IMG/VR virus record: IMGVR_UViG_3300035187_002895
Span: 5,480-69,479 of that record
Strand: one strand, 5' to 3'
Length of the DNA: 64,000 nt
Origin: a virus
The translations under genes were made by a program, and so were the position numbers. Shown piece by piece: positions 62,583 through 64,000 of the stretch. The notes beneath the pieces were generated by a model. The model searched no databases and had not been told where the DNA came from. It was given only the letters and a program-made list of their open reading frames with translations. Each line of letters starts with the position of its first letter. Position 1 is the first letter of the stretch.

Positions 62583-64000
62583 GATACGGCTCAGTTTGTT
62601 CAGGAATAGAGGCGGCTTCCGTAGCATGGGAGCCGCTTTCCTGGCAAGCCCAATGGTTTGCCGAAATTGAACACTTCCCTTCCGCAGTTCTTGCCCACCG
62701 ATTCCCAACGGTTCCGAATTTGGGGGACATGACTAAAATTCACGAAACAAAACAATTTCAAAATGCAAATATTGATTTGCTTGTTGGAGGCACACCTTGT
62801 TTTGCGTTAGGAACTCCAATTGTTACAAGCAGGGGCATAATTCCTATAGAAGATGTTGTGGTTGGTGATATGGTTCTAACTCACAAATTAAGATGGAAGC
62901 CGGTTCTTGCAATTGGTAGCAAAGAAGCAGAAACCGTAATGCTTGGTGGACATGGGAATGGTGGTATAGAAACCACTCCAGAGCATCCATTTTATAGCAA
63001 GATTAAGAATCAAATTTGGAACAATTCAAAACGGATGTACGAAAGGAATTTGTCTCAAGATGCAGAATGGATTGAAGCCAAAGATATGGTGGGTAGGTTT
63101 TGGGGAATCCCAACAAGTGGAGAATTATTGCCGATTCCTCCAATCACATTAAGCGGGAACGAAACACATCTTCCAATAATGAATCAAAGTTTCTATTGGG
63201 TAGTTGGTGCGTGGCTTGGTGATGGATGGACAAGGATTTCGGAAAGGCGTAGCTATGTCTTGATTTGTGCAGACAAAAACAATCACAAATCCATAGCACA
63301 GCATTTAGATGGATGCAATCTAAAATACTCCATTTCTGAAGAAAGAACCACAATAAAGTATCAAATAGCCTCTTCTGCATTGGCTAAATGGCTTGTTGCA
63401 AATTTCAACAAGGGAGCAAAGAATAAAACCCTTGCTTCCTGGGTGCTGTTTGGGCTAAGTGAAGAAAGTAAGAAATCGCTTTTTGATGGATATTGCTTTG
63501 CTGATGGCTACAAGATTTATAATAACAAACAAGATCAAAATGGTTTTGGAGCAACTACAATAAGCCAATGTCTTGCCACAGGAATAAGACTTTTGGCGGC
63601 ATCACTTGGCTATTCGGTTGGAGAAAATTATTGCAAACCCAAGAGAAGAGTTACCACAATTGAGGGGCGCAGAGTTAATGAACAACCATTCTATCAGATA
63701 AGGTTTCACTCCCATAGCCGTTCTGCTGTTCAAGAAAATGGGATACTTTGGCAAAAAACAAAAACATACAAACAAACCAATGCAATTAGAACTGTTTCCA
63801 ATATCGAAGTTGCCGACGACAACAGTTATGTCGCTGGAGGGATTATCGTCCACAACTGCCAATCCTTCTCCGTCGCCGGACTTCGAAAGGGACTGGATGA
63901 CCCTCGTGGTCAACTCATGTACACCTTTGTTGAACTTGCTGCTCGAAAGAGGCCCAAGTGGGTGGTTTGGGAGAACGTCCCCGGAGTCCTATCCTCTAAC
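62579..64000 (+). CDS. dcm: C5-cytosine DNA methyltransferase with intein (partial, runs off window)
   Basis: Manual translation: MRYGSVCSGIEAA...DLLVGGTP[intein]CQSFSVAG...WENVPG. Absent from the ORF track because there is no stop in the window. Confidence 0.92.
   Translation, partial: MRYGSVCSGIEAASVAWEPLSWQAQWFAEIEHFPSAVLAHRFPTVPNLGDMTKIHETKQFQNANIDLLVGGTPCFALGTPIVTSRGIIPIEDVVVGDMVLTHKLRWKPVLAIGSKEAETVMLGGHGNGGIETTPEHPFYSKIKNQIWNNSKRMYERNLSQDAEWIEAKDMVGRFWGIPTSGELLPIPPITLSGNETHLPIMNQSFYWVVGAWLGDGWTRISERRSYVLICADKNNHKSIAQHLDGCNLKYSISEERTTIKYQIASSALAKWLVANFNKGAKNKTLASWVLFGLSEESKKSLFDGYCFADGYKIYNNKQDQNGFGATTISQCLATGIRLLAASLGYSVGENYCKPKRRVTTIEGRRVNEQPFYQIRFHSHSRSAVQENGILWQKTKTYKQTNAIRTVSNIEVADDNSYVAGGIIVHNCQSFSVAGLRKGLDDPRGQLMYTFVELAARKRPKWVVWENVPGVLSSN
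62798..63856 (+). mobile_element. Intein with LAGLIDADG homing endonuclease (353 aa)
   Basis: Begins CFALGTPIVT, block B TPEHPFY, VGAWLGDG and FDGYCFADG motifs, ends GGIIVHN followed by Cys; in frame. Confidence 0.92.

Noticed and set aside
63144-63913. Minus-strand ORFs 63144-63380 and 63602-63913
   Set aside because: Antisense to the intein-containing methyltransferase, which has clear motifs on the plus strand.
1-64000. Integron integrase or any tyrosine/serine recombinase gene
   Set aside because: No ORF with R...HxxR...Y or serine-recombinase motifs was recognised. It may lie outside the window or in the host.
1-64000. Stop-codon reassignment (TAG or TGA recoding)
   Set aside because: Long genes are intact in the standard code, and TAA, TAG and TGA all end genes at tight junctions.

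Overview
This window is a 64-kb piece of a tailed dsDNA phage genome, very probably infecting Bacteroidota: TAnnTTTG promoter boxes recur in intergenic gaps and translation starts are A-rich without Shine-Dalgarno motifs. Positions 1-55,443 run mostly on the minus strand. They hold putative lysis and tail-fibre genes and a crAss-like podoviral morphogenesis block (capsid, scaffold, portal, muzzle/stabilisation protein, two giant polyvalent proteins flanking a ferritin, ring proteins, TerL), followed by accessory genes, GroES, HNH, NinB, DnaB with an initiator, and methyltransferases. A repeat-rich non-coding switch region (about 55.45-56.6 kb) precedes a plus-strand early operon, an SSB-like protein, a Gp157-like protein and an intein-containing C5 methyltransferase cut by the window end. 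The main find is three integron-like gene-cassette arrays at 40.7-48.1 kb. Each opens with a conserved 28-bp attI-like site. Together they hold eight attC-like palindromes (TAACA...CGTTA), and the first 9-10 bp of each complete cassette are the exact reverse complement of its own downstream core. Cassette ORFs are all inverted relative to canonical integrons, three are DNA methyltransferases, and no integrase is visible in the window. The second find is four anticodon-less tRNA-like elements placed just after stop codons in the early operon. All protein calls come from motif recognition by eye and synteny; no database search was run.
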